Below, piece by piece: positions 17,681 through 29,364 of a stretch of DNA of 64,000 nt. How positions within the stretch are numbered: position 1 is the first letter of the stretch; the number at the start of each line of letters is the position of its first letter. The translations under genes were made by a program, and so were the position numbers. The DNA is taken from the NCBI GenBank assembly GCA_964035545.1, contig OZ037769.1, positions 9,570,129 through 9,634,128 on the forward strand. Reading direction: 5' to 3'. Origin of the DNA: Bugula neritina (Eukaryota > Animalia > Bryozoa). The notes under the pieces were generated by a model that saw nothing but the letters and a program-made list of their open reading frames with translations, was not told the origin of the DNA and ran no database searches.

Positions 17681-19840
17681 TTGGTGGGGGGAGTGCAGGT
17701 GGTACAGCGTTGTACTGTACCTGGGCGCTCCCGGGCTACAGTTTGCTGCAGAGTGAACTGTATGGAAATCTCCGAGTTAGGAGTGGTGGAAGGTGCACTG
17801 GGGGGCGTCCAGCTCGATAACAGTCTGAATAGGCTGGATGGGCGGGGGGAGTTCCTGGTCCAGTGCGTAAATCCTTTCATGGAGCCGGTAGAATTGCCGG
17901 CTGGGTTTCTAGTGGGGAAGTTCCACTCCGTACAGGAGGATGATGTAGGGCCCGCGCTGGAGACGGTGGACGAAGCCCGTGGGGTACCCGCTAGAGACGG
18001 CAGGGGGCCGGTGCCTGAACACGTAGCGGAGTTGTACGAGGATGCCTGTGATGGCTGTGAGAGCAAGCGAAAACGCCTGGTGATGGCGCGGCTACTCTCT
18101 GAGTACAAGGACGTGTTCAGTTGCGGTGACCATGACATGGGTCTGATTAAGACTGTCTGTCACGAGTTACCCCTGGCGGCGGGGACGGCGCCCATCCGGC
18201 AGCCGACCCGCCGGTTAGGTCCTGAGAAGGAGAGAGAGGTGAGCCGTCAGGTGCAAGACCTTCTGAACCGGGACCTGATTGAGCCAGGCCATGGGGCCTG
18301 GAGTTCTCCAGTCGTCCTGGTTTGGAAAAAGGATGGGAGCTGGAGGTTTTGCGTTGATTATCGCAGGCTGAACAGCGTGACCATCCAGGACGCTTACCCT
18401 CTTCCTAGGATCGATGAGTCGCTCGATGCCTTAGCTGGTAGCAAGTTCTTCAGCACGTTGGACTTGTTAAGCGGGTATTGGCAGGTGCCCTTGAGTCCTG
18501 AAGCACAGGACAAGGCCGCGTTTATAATGCGGGATGGGCTCTGGAAATGGAAGGTGTTGCCATTCGGACTTGCGTCCGCACCGGCCACCTTCCAGCGACT
18601 CATGGAGCAGGTCCTGAGTGGGCTACACTGGAAGACCTTGCTCATTTATCTCGATGATGTTATTGTCGTCTCCCCCGACTTTGACACACATGTCAGTCGA
18701 CTCAGGGAGGTGTTTGACAGACTTCGAGCTGCTGGTCTGAAGCTCAAGCCCTCTAAGTGTGCATTACTGCAGCGCGAGGTTAAGTACCTGGGCAATGTAG
18801 TTGGTCGAGACGGGGTCGCCACCGACCCCGAGAAGGTACGGGCTGTGAGGGACTGGGCTGTCCCTGTCGACCTCCCTGAATTGCGGGCATTCCTGGGACT
18901 GGTAGGGTACTATCGTCAGTACATACTAGACTTCGCCGGAATTGCATAGCCGTTAAATCAGCTGACAGCAAAAGGGGTGCGGTGGCAGTGGACACAGGCC
19001 GAGCAGAAGGCATTTGACCTCCTAAAGGATCGCCTGGTGGAAGCACCCATCTTGGCGTATCCTGACCCTGCGAAGAAGTACATTTTGGATACTGATGCCA
19101 GTAACCATAATGTGGGGGCTGTGCTGTCGCAGGTCCAAGATAGTCGGTGGTGGTGGCTTACTATAGCAAAGCCCTGTCGGCGCCTGAAAAGAACTACTGT
19201 ACAACCAAGAGGGAACTTTTGGCAATAGTCAAGGCGGTCAAACACTTCAGACCATATCTATATGGGCGCACATTCCGGCTTCGGACGGATCATGCGTCTT
19301 TGATATGGTTGTGTCGACGGGCGGAACCATCAAGCCAAATAGCGCGCTGGCTGGAAATCCTGGCAGAGGTTTTTTATCGGATCGAACATCGACCCAGTAA
19401 GAAACACGGTAATGCCGATGGACTCAGCCGCCGCCAGGCAGATGGGTGTAAGCAGTGCCAGAATATTGAGCGCAGGGATGGTGGACCCCCTCGCTCGGAC
19501 GTTGAAGCACAGTTGGGGAAAGTGGGTGTATACAGCTGGAAAGAAGGACAACCCCTGTCTGAATCCCCTAATGAAGCTGTTAACAACCTTCACGCAAACC
19601 CCACGCTGCTCAGGAATGTCATTGAGTTCTGTCGGCTCCAGGCTACGCTACCAGGGGTGATAGCTGACCTGGTCCGGGCCAAGAAGGAGGGACGGCGGCC
19701 GAGTGAGGCCGAGCAGCGAGTGAAAAGTGCAGAATTTAAGTACTTCTGTGACCGCTGGGATTCCTTCCGGTTCAACAGCGATGGGCTGCTAACGATAACG
19801 TTGGCAGCCGGCACCAATAGCAGTGAACAAGAGAGGGTAG
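17681..19840 (+). pseudogene. pol: Second Gypsy pol segment (related subfamily): RT and RNase H
   Basis: ORFs 17681..18949 and 19147..19857, with many synonymous differences from the first pol. Confidence 0.9.
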
Positions 19841-19844
19841 GGTC

Positions 19845-20955
19845 ACGGAGGCTTTGAGCTCTGAGGCGGCGGCAGCCACTCTAGGTGTCAGCCGTTGTAC
19901 TTCGGTCTCTAGGTCGTAGATCCGTAGTTCGACTTCTTTTAGATTCCGAGCGGTAGGGGAGTGCCGTTTTGGGGAAGAGGAGTGCCAGCGTCGCTTGTTG
20001 GAAGGTTGTGAGGAAACGGGGGAGGGAGAGCGTCGTTTCCTAGGTACTTCAATCCTCTGTAGGACAACTCGTGGTAGGGAGGTGGGACGGGGTATAGTTT
20101 GTGCTGGTGGAGAATGAGGGAGTCTTGTGGGTTTTTTATATTTGGGAGGCCTCGGACACGGTTCGTATGTGATGAGGCGGGGAGATGGGAACCCTTGTTT
20201 CAGCCGCTCGAAACGGGGAAGATCTGTGATGAAGGGTTTTACTAGATTCAAGGAGGTGGAAAAGTTGTGTCGGTCCACGTCGTACAGATGTCCCACGTGG
20301 CACTCCATGGTGCGTTGATGTTGAAGAATGTAGTCCCTGTGGTAACTAAATTCACCACAGGGACAGAGGGTGGTTATGAAATGTTGCGGTGTGCGAACTA
20401 GCAAACGGCGATGAGTAGAAAAATGCTGTTGACACAGCCTGCAGGTGGTGCAATCGTCACTGCCACGGTGAGTTTAGATTTGCTCCTCTGTCTCTTGAGT
20501 AACCCAACTGTGTCGCTGTAGTAGTATGTCTGGCAGGGAGGTGGGAGGTGTGTCGTCGTTCCAAGCCAACTCCAACGGTGGCATGTCTCCGTAATCAGGA
20601 GAGCGAGTGGCGTCTAAAAGAGCAGAATTATTGTTAGATCGAATTTGATCTTTACAGCATAATTCTGATGACAATCGACTGTTACTAGTCTGAGAGTCAT
20701 TCATCTTTTTATACGGCACTCAAAAGACTGTGTCAGAACGTGTAAACTGACTGAGAGACATAGTGTCTAGCTCCAGATCTAGTAGACCGTCAGCCATTAC
20801 TATGTCCTCGTCGTCATTCACGTGTGACTCCGTCTCCAGTAACTGTGATTCAATTAGATCGACTAAACCAGAGTTAACTGAGGTGAGATCTATTTCCATT
20901 AGTGGAGGTGTTAGATCTAGGCGAGCTTACCTTGAAACCCGGTATTTGAAATCAT
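19845..20955 (-). pseudogene. Spliced Gypsy accessory zinc-finger gene, type A (exon 20955-20931, intron 20930-20614, exon 2 from 20613; 3' truncated)
   Basis: ATG ATT TCA AAT ACC GGG TTT CAA G|gtaagc, acceptor ctaacaataattctgctcttttag, then CRLC..F..H..L...H and CPC..H....C motifs and a coiled coil. Confidence 0.75.
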
Positions 20956-23750
20956 ACTCGACGTTCAAGCTTGGATGTGGGTGGATTTAAAACACATCTA
21001 CCCTTGACTGCGTCAGCGAAAGAAAAGGCTGGACAGCGTGTTTGTTGTGCGAGACCGGAACTGTGTGCCCCGAGAGTAGTAATTCCACCCACTACTCTGC
21101 CTTCGCAAAACTTGGTTTTTCCGTGGTGTTCATAACTCCCACGTTTTGCCGCCAGTCTTTCCGTACGGCACCCAGCTGGACTTTCATACCTTCCGCTTGT
21201 AACGCGGTCGCATATGAAGTCTTGGAGATAGGCTAGGGGTCGTCTAGTATGTTGTCCCCTTTCAAGAGGAGGGGATGTACTAGCGGTAGACGCCGGGGAC
21301 GGTGGAAGGTTTGTTGGAGGATATGGGGTTGTGGCTGGGGAAGATGGGGCAGCTGGTGTGGGGTTTGGGGTTTGGGGTGTACTCACCGGTGGGTTGTTAC
21401 ACTCTACCGGTGGTATTTCCTGCCTTCTGTCAGCTGTCATCTCCTCTTCCCTTCTGTTTTCTCCGGATGGAGCCCCTCCCGTGGGGGGTTTTGCACTTCC
21501 GGAAGTATATTTAGTTCCGGAGGTGGTGGTGGTAGCCTTGGAGTCGGGCGGCTTGGTGCTGGGGGCAGTGGGCGCATCCCCGTTTGTAAGGGCGGCCTTT
21601 CTTGCCTCACCAAGTCCTCTGTCCGCGGCATGACCCATTCGTCACTGGGCTTATGCCGCCGCCGCCCGCGCATTGTTGTCTGCCTCCTGGTTTCTAACAA
21701 TGGGGGGGTTTCTCCCGCCGCACCCGAGCTAGCCCAATATGGTTTCAAGCGGGCTTCATTCTGGACAGATACTTGTCCAGACCGCTCCAGCTTGTAAGTG
21801 TGATTGAGCATTGCCTCAACTACTACGTAGGGTCCCACGAACTTAGGCTGTAATTTAGCCGCCTGCCCTCGACGCCTACGGTAGTTGATCATCCACACCC
21901 AGTCTCCAGCTTGATAGAGGGGTGGTTCATCAGCGTCTTCCTGTCGCACCTGCCACTGCTTCTCCGGCAGTATTTCGTGTGCGACTCTCAGACGCTCTAT
22001 CAATTCCCTGGCATACTCGTGGACAGAGTAGTCCGGTTCAGGAATATGATAGGTGAGGTGGTCTGGCACTCGCGTCTCTCGACCGAGCATCAAGAGGTTG
22101 GTAGTCTCGCCAGTACTAGTGTGTGGTGTACTGCGGTAGGTAGCAGAACACACGCTGGTCTAGTATGCCGGCCACTGTCGGGGCAGATGCATCCGGGATA
22201 GCCAGAGCGTCGGCCCACCTAGTGAAGTGGTTGGTTAGCACTAGGATCCAACTGTTCCCCCTGGGGGTCATGGGCATGGGTTCGACCAGGTCAACAGCTA
22301 CCACCTGCCACGGCCTTCCAGCATATAGCCTATGCCGTCCCGCTTCGCCAGGAAGACGGCCATGCTTGCTGGCCTGGCAGATTTCGCATTGTTTGATCCT
22401 GAGTCGGACGTCACGCTCCATGTTGGGCCAATACCACCGGAGCCTTAGCTTGGTAAGCACTCTCTGGACTCCAGCATGAGCCTGCTTGTGAGTGTCCCAT
22501 ACTAGCCCCCGGCGTATGGTGGCTGGGCAAATCACCCTTTTTCTTTCAGGGTGTCTTTTGTCGGCGGCCAAGGTGATGGTCAGTAGACCATCTGGCCCGA
22601 TCCGCAGAGAGTCCCAGCGTTGGCAGTATAGCCGTAACTCGGCGCATCCCTGCTGTTCTTCGCTGGGTCGTTATCCCCCCCGTTTAGCCTGATATATGTT
22701 GGCTACCACCCCAGGGAGGTCCTCCTGGAGTTTCTGCAGCTCTCTGACGTTGTGGGCTAGAACAGGGTTGACAGGGAGGTTGTTAACACCTTCCTGTGGT
22801 GTGTCGACCCTCGGTCTAAGCTGACCTTGGTCCCAGTCGTAGCTTACTTCAGGGTGGCCCAGTGTTTCCAACTCGGATCTTGGGGGACCCCGATCCCTTC
22901 TCTCGATGTTGCGACACTGTTTACACCCCTCGTCCGGCCGCCGACTCAGTCCGTCCGCATTGCCGTGTTTCCTACCGGGTCGATGTTCGATCCGGTAGGA
23001 GAACTCGGCCAGGACTTCGAGCCACCGGGCAACCTGGCTAGACGGTTTCGCTCTCTTACACAGCCAAATCAAGGAGGCGTGGTCCGTTCTCAAGCGGAAC
23101 GGCCTACCGTAAAAATAAGGCCGGAAATGTTTCACCGACTTGATTACTGCCAATAACTCCTTGCGGGTAGTGCAGTAATTTCGTTCAGTGGGCGAGAGTG
23201 ATTTACTGAAGTAAGCTACAACTACTTCACGGCCCTCTTGCACTTGTGACAGCACAGCGCCAACGTTCTGGTCATTGGCGTCCGTGTCAAGGACATACTC
23301 CAGAGCGGGGTCTGGGTAGGCCAGAATTGGAGCCTCCAATAAGCGGCTTTTGAGACTGTCGAATGCCCTTTGTTCGACGGGTGTCCACTGCCAGGCCACT
23401 CCCTTCGCGGTGAGCCGATTTAACGGCTGTGCAACCCCCGCGAAGTCTGGTATGTATTGCTGATAATACCCTCCCAGCCCCAGGAAAGCCCGCAGTCCGG
23501 TCAAGTCCTGGGGGGTGACCCAGTCTGCCACAGCCCGTATCTTGTCAGGATCCATCGCCACGCCATTTCGGCCGACGACGTGCCCCAAGTACTTCACCTC
23601 CGGCTGCAGAAGAGCGCATTTGGAGGGCTTGAGCTTGAGACCGGCACCTCTGAGTCGCTCAAAAACCTCCCGCAGACGACTGACATGAGTCGGAAAGTCT
23701 GGGGAGATCACGATGACGTCATCGAGGTAGACTAGCAGTGTCTTCCAGTT
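20952..23750 (-). pseudogene. pol: Inverted Gypsy pol 3' half (RT C-terminus, RNase H, integrase with internal deletion, C-terminal extension)
   Basis: ORFs 22671..23711, 22116..22571, 21437..22153 and 20952..21638. Confidence 0.9.
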
Positions 23751-25920
23751 AGGTCGCCAGGTGGCTCGAGATCTTAGCTGAGTTCTCGTACCGGATCGAA
23801 CATCGACCGGGCAGGAGACACAGCAATGCGGATGGGTTGAGCCTCCGACCTGATGGAGGTTATAAACAGTGTCTCAACATCGAGAGGAGGGACGGAGGTC
23901 CCCCGCGATGTGAATTGGAAACACTGGCTCACCACGGAGCGCAGTTTGACTGGGACCAGGGTTAACTCACACAGAAAATTGACGAGTCCCCGGAGGTTAT
24001 ACAAAACCTCCGCGCCAACCCTGTTTTGGCCGATAATGTCCGGGAGCTGAAGAAGCTTCAGGAAAAGCTGCCTGGGGTAGTGGCAGACATATATCGGGCC
24101 AAAAAGGAAGGGCGACGACCCAGCAAGGAACAACTACGGCAGGGGTACGCCGAGTTCCGGCTATTCTGCCAGCGTTGGGACTCGCTGAGGATCGGGCAGC
24201 ATAGTCTGCTGACTATTTCTCTAACTGCCAACGGCAGGCACCCAGAGCGGAAGAGGATGGTCTGTCCCACTGCCATACGCCGTGAGCTAATTTGGGACAC
24301 TCACAAACAAGCCCACGCAGGGGTCAAGAGAGTGGTCTCCAAGTTACGACTCCGATGGTATTGGCCACAGATGGAGCGTGACGTCCCACTTAGAGTAAAA
24401 CAGTGTGAAATCTGCCAGACCAGCAAGCATGGCCGTCTCTCTGGTGAAGCGGGATGGCGAAGGTTATATGCTGGAAGGCCGTGGCAAGTATTAGCTGTTG
24501 ACCTGGTCGGACCCATGCCCCTAACCCCCAGAGGCAATAGTTGGATCTTAGTATTGACCGACCACTTTACGAGGTTGGCGGATGCTCTGGCTATCCCAGA
24601 TGCGCCAGCTCCGACAGTGGCCAGGGTGCTAGACCTACATGTATTCTGTTACTTCGGGCTCCCCGAACAGATACACTCTGATCAGGGCGCTCAGTTCCAG
24701 TCTCAACTGATGAGTGACCTCTGCCGCCACTGGGGAGTGAATCAGAGCAGGACCATCCCGTACCATCCCCTAGGTAATGGGGTGGTGGAGCGCAATAACC
24801 GGATGCTAGGTGATGCGCTCCGGAGTCTACTCCTCCGACGCAGTCAGGAGGAATGAGACACGGTTTTGCCGCAAGTCATGCGCGCATACTGTAGCACCCC
24901 ACACACCAGTACTGGTGAGACCCCAAACCTCCTGATGCTCAGGAGAGAGACTCGTTTTCCTGACCATCTTACCTACCAGGTTCCAGAGCAAGACAGCTCG
25001 GTTCACGAGTATGCCAGTGAACTAGTGGAATGGATGAGGGTCGCACACGAAATGCTGCGAGAAAAGCAGTGGCAGGTGCGGCGCGAGGATTTCGAGGAAC
25101 CACTCCTTTATCAGACAGGAGATTGGGTGTGGATGGTCAATTACCGTAGGCGTCGCGGACAGGCAGCTAAGCTACAGCCTAAGTTTGTGAGACCCTACGT
25201 GATAGTCGAGACTATGCCCAACCATACCTACAAGATCGAGCGCTCAGGACAGGTGTCCGTCCAGAATGAGGCTTGCTTGAAGCCGTATTGGGCTAGCCCG
25301 GATGCAGTGGGAGAAGCCCCCCATTGTTGGAGCCCAGGAAGCAGACGACAAAGTGTGGGCGACGGCGGCATGGACCTGAGTATGGAGTGGTCATTCCGCG
25401 GGAAGAACACTTGGTACGAGACAAGCGACCGCTTTTGCCTACAGAAGTGCGTCCGCCGCCTCCTACGCCAAGTCTGATTCCATCACTTCCGGAAACCGAG
25501 CCGGTTCCGAAAGTGCAAACCCCCACAGAGGGAGGGGCTCCATCCGGAGAACAGGAAGAAGTAACCACTACCGGTGAACTAGAGGCGCCGTCAGAGGCCC
25601 CTGCTAGTCCACCGGTGAGTGCGTCACCCTCCCTAGAGCGGGTACAACATGCAAGGCAACCCCCATCATATTTAAAAGACTTCGTATGTGACTGCATTAA
25701 AAGCGGCGCGTATGAAAGTCTAGCGGGGAACCGTAGGGGAAAAGTATCGAGCAATTGTGGGAGTTGTCAACACCACAGAAATATCGACTTTTGTATCGGC
25801 GGAGTTAAGAATAAAATTCATCCGCCGGGTGTGCAGAGTCCTAGTCACGCACCCCAACCACCTTGCTCGATCTTTTCTTATGCTTATGCAGTCAAGAGCA
25901 GACGTGTTCCTAGTCAATAG
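23751..25920 (+). pseudogene. pol: Gypsy integrase and pol C-terminal extension
   Basis: ORFs 24026..24856, 24866..25477 and 25324..25920; DDE core (AVDL, HSDQG, VERNNR). Confidence 0.9.
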
Positions 25921-25946
25921 TTCAATCCATTTCACAAATATTCATT

Positions 25947-26990
25947 ATGTCATATGATAGCGGATCGTGGGGTGAGTTAACTATGTCTTGATATGGAAAC
26001 TAGATTGCATCACTCACCTCCGACTCGTCTGAGTCAATTGAGCTTGAGATAGGTTAGTGAACTACAGTGGTAGGAACTCAGTTGACTTAGAGATTTCACA
26101 ATCTCACTGCAATATGTGTTCTGTTCCAACTACTCACTACCGTAAATCTCTACGAGTGGTAACTGAACGAGAAGTTGCCAGGCTGTCCAAGCCGACAACA
26201 CTACAGTGTAATGTACTAACACTGTTGAAACTCTTTCAGGTTACACTCGACCCGCCGCAACCAGGGTACGGGATAGAGCACCTTCCGCTCCGCACCATGA
26301 AGAGTAAGCCAAAGGCAGACGACCTGAGCCACTGCGCCGCTGCTGTCGGTGGGTGTCGCCGGAGACGGAGAAGCAGATAGAAGCAGCCTGGGGACCCCAA
26401 GGAAGGACACAGTGTCAGATCTGCTACAAAGAGTGCCCGTCTCACCGCTCATTGAAGCTACATGTCATCGCACACCTCCTACTAACATTCTGTCTCTGCG
26501 GATACAATAATGTCTACCCCTATCCCGTCACCTGACATCGAGCAGCTGGCTGTTTCCCCAGAGAGAACTATGTGGTCGACGCTAAGCTCTACCCGGAATT
26601 TCTGACTCTAATACGGCCCTTAGTGAAGAAGGCAATGTAACTGGCCGTCCGAACCTCCGGCTTCCAGCATGTATTAGACTATGCCAGGCAACAGTCCCCA
26701 TTGGTGTCCGACCGTCCTCAAGTTGTGTATACCCCCAAAGAGTTCGCATACCCTGAAGAAGAGGAGGAAGAAATCGCACCTCCCCTCGTAGGAAACGAAC
26801 CCCATCTCCAGATCCTGCTCGCCTGGCCACAGTAGAAGAGCGTCTCCTTCGGCTGCAGGCTGAGTTCACCCAGTTAGCCCCGGATCTACTCAGTACTACA
26901 ACGGGACTTTACCAATTAAAAGGCTCTGTTGGCCGGATTGAAAGGAAATTACGTGCCCGTCAAGCCAAACATTGGCTTGCCAAACACTGA
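25947..26990 (+). pseudogene. Spliced Gypsy accessory zinc-finger gene, type B (exon 25947-25971, intron 25972-26239, exon 2 26240-26990)
   Basis: ATG..TGG G|gtgagt donor, TACTAAC branch point (26214-26220), ctctttcag acceptor. Spliced frame gives WVSPETEKQI..CQICYKECPSHRSLKLHVIAH..FCLCG..H....C and a coiled coil, with several in-frame stops. Confidence 0.75.
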
Positions 26991-27274
26991 CTCTGGTTTT
27001 TCTGCCGAAATTATCCGTAAGCCCCACCTTCTTGGAAGTCCAAGACTGTCATGTAAATGCTTGACAGCTCAACCTCCTTGTCCAACACTACAGCTAGCGG
27101 TATCCTCTCTCTATAGCTAGCCAATTGCATGTGACATGCTGTTGTAATGATTATGTCTGTCATTGTTGTGTCTATATATGTGTTTATATCTTTTTCTTTT
27201 GGTCTACTGATGTTATGTGTGTTGACTGTAAAATATTTTGTATCAGAAAGAGGGCTTTCTGCTGGTGGGGGCGG

Positions 27275-27609
27275 TGTGGTGGCCCGTGGAGCTACCAGCA
27301 GCGTAATATGGGAAATATTATTTCCCCCACTGATACAGCACAGGGTCACGTAATTGACCCGGAACAATGGACAGCCAATTAGCGACACTGATAGTTAGTA
27401 GCAGTAGTTAGTTTTCCGCTGTTAGTCGAAGATAGAGTATTGAATTGTATAGATGTGTAGATTAACTGAGTGTATTTGTGTAGTTTTTGTGATGTATTCT
27501 TGTGTGTAAAATATACTCGTATTAACTCGACTTATCCTGGTGAAGTTCTCTAGCAAATAAATAGACTCTCTTGATTGCACATCAACCCAAATCTGAAAAT
27601 TATATAACA
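27275..27609 (+). repeat. Gypsy 3' LTR (type A) preceded by PPT
   Basis: TGTGGTGG..ATAACA, preceded by GGTGGGGGCGG. Homologous to 28074, 35320 and 37870. Confidence 0.9.
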
Positions 27610-28410
27610 TGAAACTCCCTTGCCAGAATGTAAAAAGACTCATTTCCCAGCTTGTTTTTTTTAAGTATTGCTTGTTACATAAAATAGAATAATTATTTGA
27701 GCATCCAACACTAACAAGCTAATCTCATGTTTTCATAAATTGCAAGAGCAATTTTATATGTTGTTGGGTACTTTTTGCAGCAAAATGTTTAAAACCGTAC
27801 CACTCTCTTGTTTTATTATTCGCAGATGTGAAACACCAACGATCTATATGAGGTGTTGACAAGCACAAGCCTTGTTAGTGGTCAAAGAGCCAAAGGTTTG
27901 ACACACCGTGGAAAGTTAAAGGTGAGAGAAGAGAACAAAATGTTGTGTAAATGTCATAAGATGAAAAGTATTAACCTACCATTTCTCAATTACTGTACAT
28001 CGTCTATTTTCAAGTAATTAATGCATAGTAAGCAGTGTTTATATACTCTGTGTAATTTTTTATATCTTTAGATTGTGGTGGCTCGTGGAGCTACCAGCAG
28101 CACAATACGCAGGGTCGCGTAATTGACCCGGAACGACAGCCAATTAGCGACTTGAGTAGTTAGTAGCAGTAGTAGTTTTCCCGCTGTTAGGCAGTCGAAG
28201 TTAGAGTGTTGAATAATCTAGATGTGTAGAATTATTGAATGTATTTGTATAGCTTTTGTAATGTGTTCTTGTGCTTAAAATATATACTCGTTCACTCGAC
28301 TTATCCTGGTGAAGTTCTCTAGCAAGTAATTAGACTCTCTGGATTGCATATCAACCCAAATACAAAAAATCATAACAGTGGTGGCAGCGGTGGGATAGTG
28401 CACATCCAAG

Positions 28411-29364
28411 ATGGAGACTGAAAACGCTGGAATGCAACCACCGGCAGTAGAAGGTGAGCGTAGAGACAATGCTGTAGAGAGAATGCCTGTAAACCATGTA
28501 GTAGAAGAGCGAAGGGCTCCGCGGGAACTGACTGAAGACCGCTACCGGTTAAAGGCGCCCACCTTCACGGACGAAGAAGAGGTGGAGCAATTCATCCAAG
28601 AGTTTAGCAACGTAATGGACGTCGCCCAGTGGCCCCCTAAGGTGGCCCTGCTGAAGCTCAGAATGGCATGGATAGACAAAGCCAAGCCCTTTGGGCTGGG
28701 CGTAGACATCGATAATATCTTTGCTTCTCAGCGGGCCCGCTTCAGCCTCTCTGCTACAGATGCCCGGGCCCGACTGCAGAGGTTGCGGCGTGATCCTCAC
28801 ACCCCGCTACGGGAACATGCCGCCGCGGTCATGAAGCTGGCACAGATCGCATACAGCGACTTGCCTCCAGTCAACCGCGAGAGGTATACCCTTGACGCCT
28901 TCATACAATCTGTCACCGATCTGGGTCTCCACCACCAGTTTCTAGCTAGGGGAGTCACCACCATTGAAGATGCTCTGACAGAAGGGGAAGCTTACCTCCT
29001 GGCCAATCAGATGCATAAAAGTCGCGGGAACTCCCGTCAAGTGGAGGTAGACCGCGCGGACACGGCAGCGGGACAAGAGGAGGAAACCTTCGCGACGGCT
29101 GCCGTGGCCCAGTTAGCGACAGCATCGAAAGCCACTCAACTGACTGACATGCTGGCCAAACTGATAGCAACACTGACACCCCAAACCCAAGTAGGTACCG
29201 CCGCTGAGCTCGTACGGCCACCGGCGCCGCCACCGGGGGAAACGGGCAGTTTTTGCTGGGAATGCGGAAATCAAGGACATTTCCGCAGGTACTGTCCCTT
29301 CCTAACTACGGGGTTAAACTACCGCGGCCCGCAGATGTTCCCACCTCCTGCGGGCCAACAATGA
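28411..29364 (+). CDS. gag: Gypsy Gag with CCHC zinc knuckle (intact ORF)
   Basis: 317-aa ORF directly after the PBS; CWECGNQGHFRRYC knuckle. Confidence 0.92.
   Translation: METENAGMQPPAVEGERRDNAVERMPVNHVVEERRAPRELTEDRYRLKAPTFTDEEEVEQFIQEFSNVMDVAQWPPKVALLKLRMAWIDKAKPFGLGVDIDNIFASQRARFSLSATDARARLQRLRRDPHTPLREHAAAVMKLAQIAYSDLPPVNRERYTLDAFIQSVTDLGLHHQFLARGVTTIEDALTEGEAYLLANQMHKSRGNSRQVEVDRADTAAGQEEETFATAAVAQLATASKATQLTDMLAKLIATLTPQTQVGTAAELVRPPAPPPGETGSFCWECGNQGHFRRYCPFLTTGLNYRGPQMFPPPAGQQ

Larger units (their letters stand above)
13245..27609 (+). mobile_element. Rearranged composite Ty3/Gypsy locus: LTR-B/gag/pol (13245-17680), second pol segment (17681-19840), inverted pol-3'/accessory-gene segment (19841-23750, minus), then RNase H end-integrase-accessory gene-3' LTR-A (23751-27609)
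   Basis: Repeated RT (YLDD), RNase H (DTDAS) and integrase (HSDQG..F, GVVERNNR, GPY) motifs. Abrupt junctions, mismatched LTR types at the two ends, no TSD. Confidence 0.9.
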
